Part shown: in pieces, positions 61,234-64,000 of the stretch | How the letters are laid out: each line of letters begins with the position of its first letter | How positions within the stretch are numbered: the first letter of the stretch is position 1 | Position numbers and translations under genes: made by a program | Assembly (NCBI GenBank): GCA_002269645.1 | Contig: NIVC01000149.1 | Coordinates: 248,001-312,000, forward strand | From: Macrostomum lignano | Lineage: Eukaryota | Reading direction: 5' to 3' | Length of the DNA: 64,000 nt | The notes under the pieces: model-generated | Databases searched by the model: none | The model's input: the letters and a program-made list of their open reading frames with translations, nothing else | What the model was told of the DNA's origin: nothing

Positions 61234-61479
61234 CATTGGGTACTATGAATATGATCATTTTTGGTTCCAGCCAAAGTCGTCATATTCGAGATCATCATCT
61301 GCGGCTTATGAGAAAAAAAACTAAATTATCTAAATTGTCATTATCTCAGTATTGGACAATGCTGCATTCACTTCACTAAATCATCATATTGTGTTGCATT
61401 GGCTGCGCAAGGATCTTGCTCATGGCGGCAACGTGTTCTTGTTTGCCAACAAATTAAAATGATTTATAACTCCATATCT

Positions 61480-61900
61480 ATCTGCATCTTAGCAATGTTA
61501 TGCCTAAGGTGGAAATTTTTAACTTCAAATGTGCTATGTAATAGGTGATTTGTGAAGTATTCCCCACCACAAGGAAACAAGGCTGCCTATTTCATTTCAT
61601 TAGATCCACGAATGATGCCAGGCTGCTCTGGCTAGTAGAATACATTGAGATGACTTGGCTGACATATCCTGTGTAGACCAAGACAAATGTTAGCATTTTT
61701 TGGCAGAAAGTATGCATAAATAATGAAAAAGGCTAGCATCGTTGGGTGAAGAACAGAGCAGGCAATGCAAATGTATATATGCTATTCCAGCTGCTATACA
61801 AGGAGGCCAATGTTGCTGCTATACAGGTGGAACTAGTACTACAGGGCTCCAAAAGTTGCAACCATTGTGCAAAATATGCCAAACTGCAGATGCGACTCAG
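61480..61900 (+). pseudogene. Degenerate MULE (Mutator) transposase fragment
   Basis: One frame reads LVEYIEMTWLTYPV*TKTNVSIFWQKVCINNEKG*HRWVKNRAG...LLYKEA, fitting the MULE Y+E.TW...W..WSVF...RTNN..EGWH.R pattern. Two TGG codons have become TAG and the catalytic Glu position is lost. Confidence 0.7.
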
Positions 61901-64000
61901 TGAGCTATGGAGATTGTACATAGCTGGGCAGCAGAGCATCCACAAATTCCTACGTGCCTGCAGTCAGCTTCAGCCTGAAGGATTACAAGCTTTTGCTTAA
62001 AATTTTTAATTCATAACATTTTTATCTACTAAAACTAAAATATAAAATTTGCTTTTAACTTTGAACTGATTTGTTAATTTGATTTGTTTGTTAATTTGTT
62101 AGTTTGTTAGTTTAAATTGATTTGTTCATTTTATTGCATCATTGCGCCTAGCCTTATAAAAAATGTAAACTATACAGTATAGTTCATTTTTATCTTTGTT
62201 TTTTTACTTAATTGGCCAATAATTGATACTTATATCAATGAATGAAATATAACTTTAAACTTGTGAATTCCTTGCTAGTGTTCTCTTTGCATAAATTTGT
62301 TTTGATATTTGTCAATCCTCTAGGCTTTATTGGTATATTATATATTAGTCTCAGTAGTCAGCAATCAGCATTAATTGACATGCTTAGTATAAAAAATTAT
62401 GGGTGCATGCAAGGGATTTTTGCCTGAAAGTAGAAAAATCCTAAATTAATACACCCTTGCCTTTGGTCTAAGTTGTCATATTTAAATGTTTAAGTCTTCC
62501 AGATTTGTTCAAGTTGTTATCATCACATGACAATTTTAAGTATGACGATTTCGGCTGCACCTTCATTTTTGCCCAAAAAGATATTTTTCTTACAAATATT
62601 TTCTGTATAAATCTTATATTGCCATGACCATGCCTAATGTGTCATTTTTAGTTTTTGTATTTTAATGATTTTAATAATATATAACTAGAATAGCCAAAAC
62701 CTTTGCAACAAGCTATAGGCCTAGTCTCTAATAGATTGATAAAAGGCAAAAATACTAGAATAAGTATATATGTCACTTGCTAAAAATATATTCTACTTTT
62801 TTCAGTAGCAAAGTTAGTGGTTTTTGCCTTTTTAATTAACTAATTAATTAAATTTCTTTACTTTGAAATATATATACTACTTGTAAGCAACAGCTTTCAA
62901 GCTGCAAATTTTTTCTTAGTACCAATGGTGCAATTGTAAGCAAACAAATGCTAAGATAATACCATTGTACATATAAGAAAAATGTGCACTGCAAGCTGGA
63001 AATTGTATTTCATCAGCCATGAGTTTTCTAACAATTTGTGTAGCTACCTTTAGATAAAAAGTTCATATTTCATTTTTTGTAAAAAGGATGTTTCTAATCT
63101 TGAAAATGCCTAAAAGGTAGCAATTTAATTGAAGGCTATATTAATCTATCAAATGTATGGCTAAATAGCTTATTCTTTAGGTGTACACCATTAGGCTCAA
63201 TGGTAGTTAGCACCTACTTGCATGCATGGCACTCTAGAACATATTTTGTTATAATTACTAAGCTACTGATATACTCAGCACAATAGCTTTAGCAAGAATA
63301 GGATCTGGTTGAGATGGCTATAATGCCTACTATGCAACATTATGCAAAATAAAAATCATTTAGAAATGCACAGCTGGTATATATATCAGTATGCAAAAAA
63401 TTGGCTATCATAACCACAGTGCATCTATCATCTTCACAATTCTATGTTACAAAATCAGGGTCATTTAGTTTTCTTAACTGCCACTGATCTCAATGCTCTA
63501 ATAAATGCTATAGACATAGACATAGACAGACCATTTTTGGTATATGGACTCTTACTATTTCAATTTATTATCATTAAAATTATTCTACAACCCACTTCCA
63601 CATGATCCTAAGTCAGACTGCAAGTATAGACAAAGTCAAAACTCTCTTTGTCAATCAGTGCAATTGAGAGCTCATGAATTGATGCAGCTAAAAGGCGCTA
63701 AGCATCTTATAACTTCAGTAGACTTTTCAATCTTGCCACTCTAATAAAAACCACAAACTCTATAGAAAGGCCTTAGCTTTGTGTAGGTTGTTAGTTTATG
63801 CCAGTTGCTTGAAGCTTTTTTGTGCACTATTGTGGATATTCCAATTTTTGTTTAGTTTTAAAAATATAAAAGCCTAGATTTTCCAGAATTTTCATAATTT
63901 TTTATGAAAATGAAACCCAGTTATGTATTTATGCAAAAAAATAATATATATATATGTCTTTTTTCTATATAATTGATTTATAAAGTCATTTATTTGCAAA

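Overview
Eukaryotic (animal) genomic DNA. Exons are GC-rich, introns are GT-AG (one GC-AG), and most large introns hold their own minisatellite. This style resembles a free-living flatworm such as Macrostomum (inference only). Gene models hand-spliced from the sequence: (1) two-exon orphan class-A GPCR (minus, 29-2138); (2,3) head-to-head pair of LIV-1/ZIP8-ZIP14-type metal transporters (minus 4928-9836; plus 13183-20720) sharing a 447-bp tract identical at 446 positions, suggesting gene conversion; (4) 21-exon, ~2043-aa four-domain voltage-gated channel with a D-E-E-A filter (Nav2/DSC1 type; minus 24882-45822); (5) TEX26-like gene (plus 48833-49683); (6) CCDC177-like gene (minus 50458-52418); (7) JTB homolog (minus 55927-56580). 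Mobile DNA: two TIR elements with target-site duplications carrying the same internal satellite, a Mutator-type foldback element with a 9-bp TSD, a decayed MULE transposase, a Penelope-like remnant, two tRNA-type SINE copies, a 1.1-kb AAC-tailed insertion with a 19-bp TSD, and an unclassified 1.26-kb insertion. No CRISPR, rRNA or intact tRNA genes were seen. Most long ORFs in the track are artefacts of tandem repeats. All homology calls rest on recalled motifs, not database searches.
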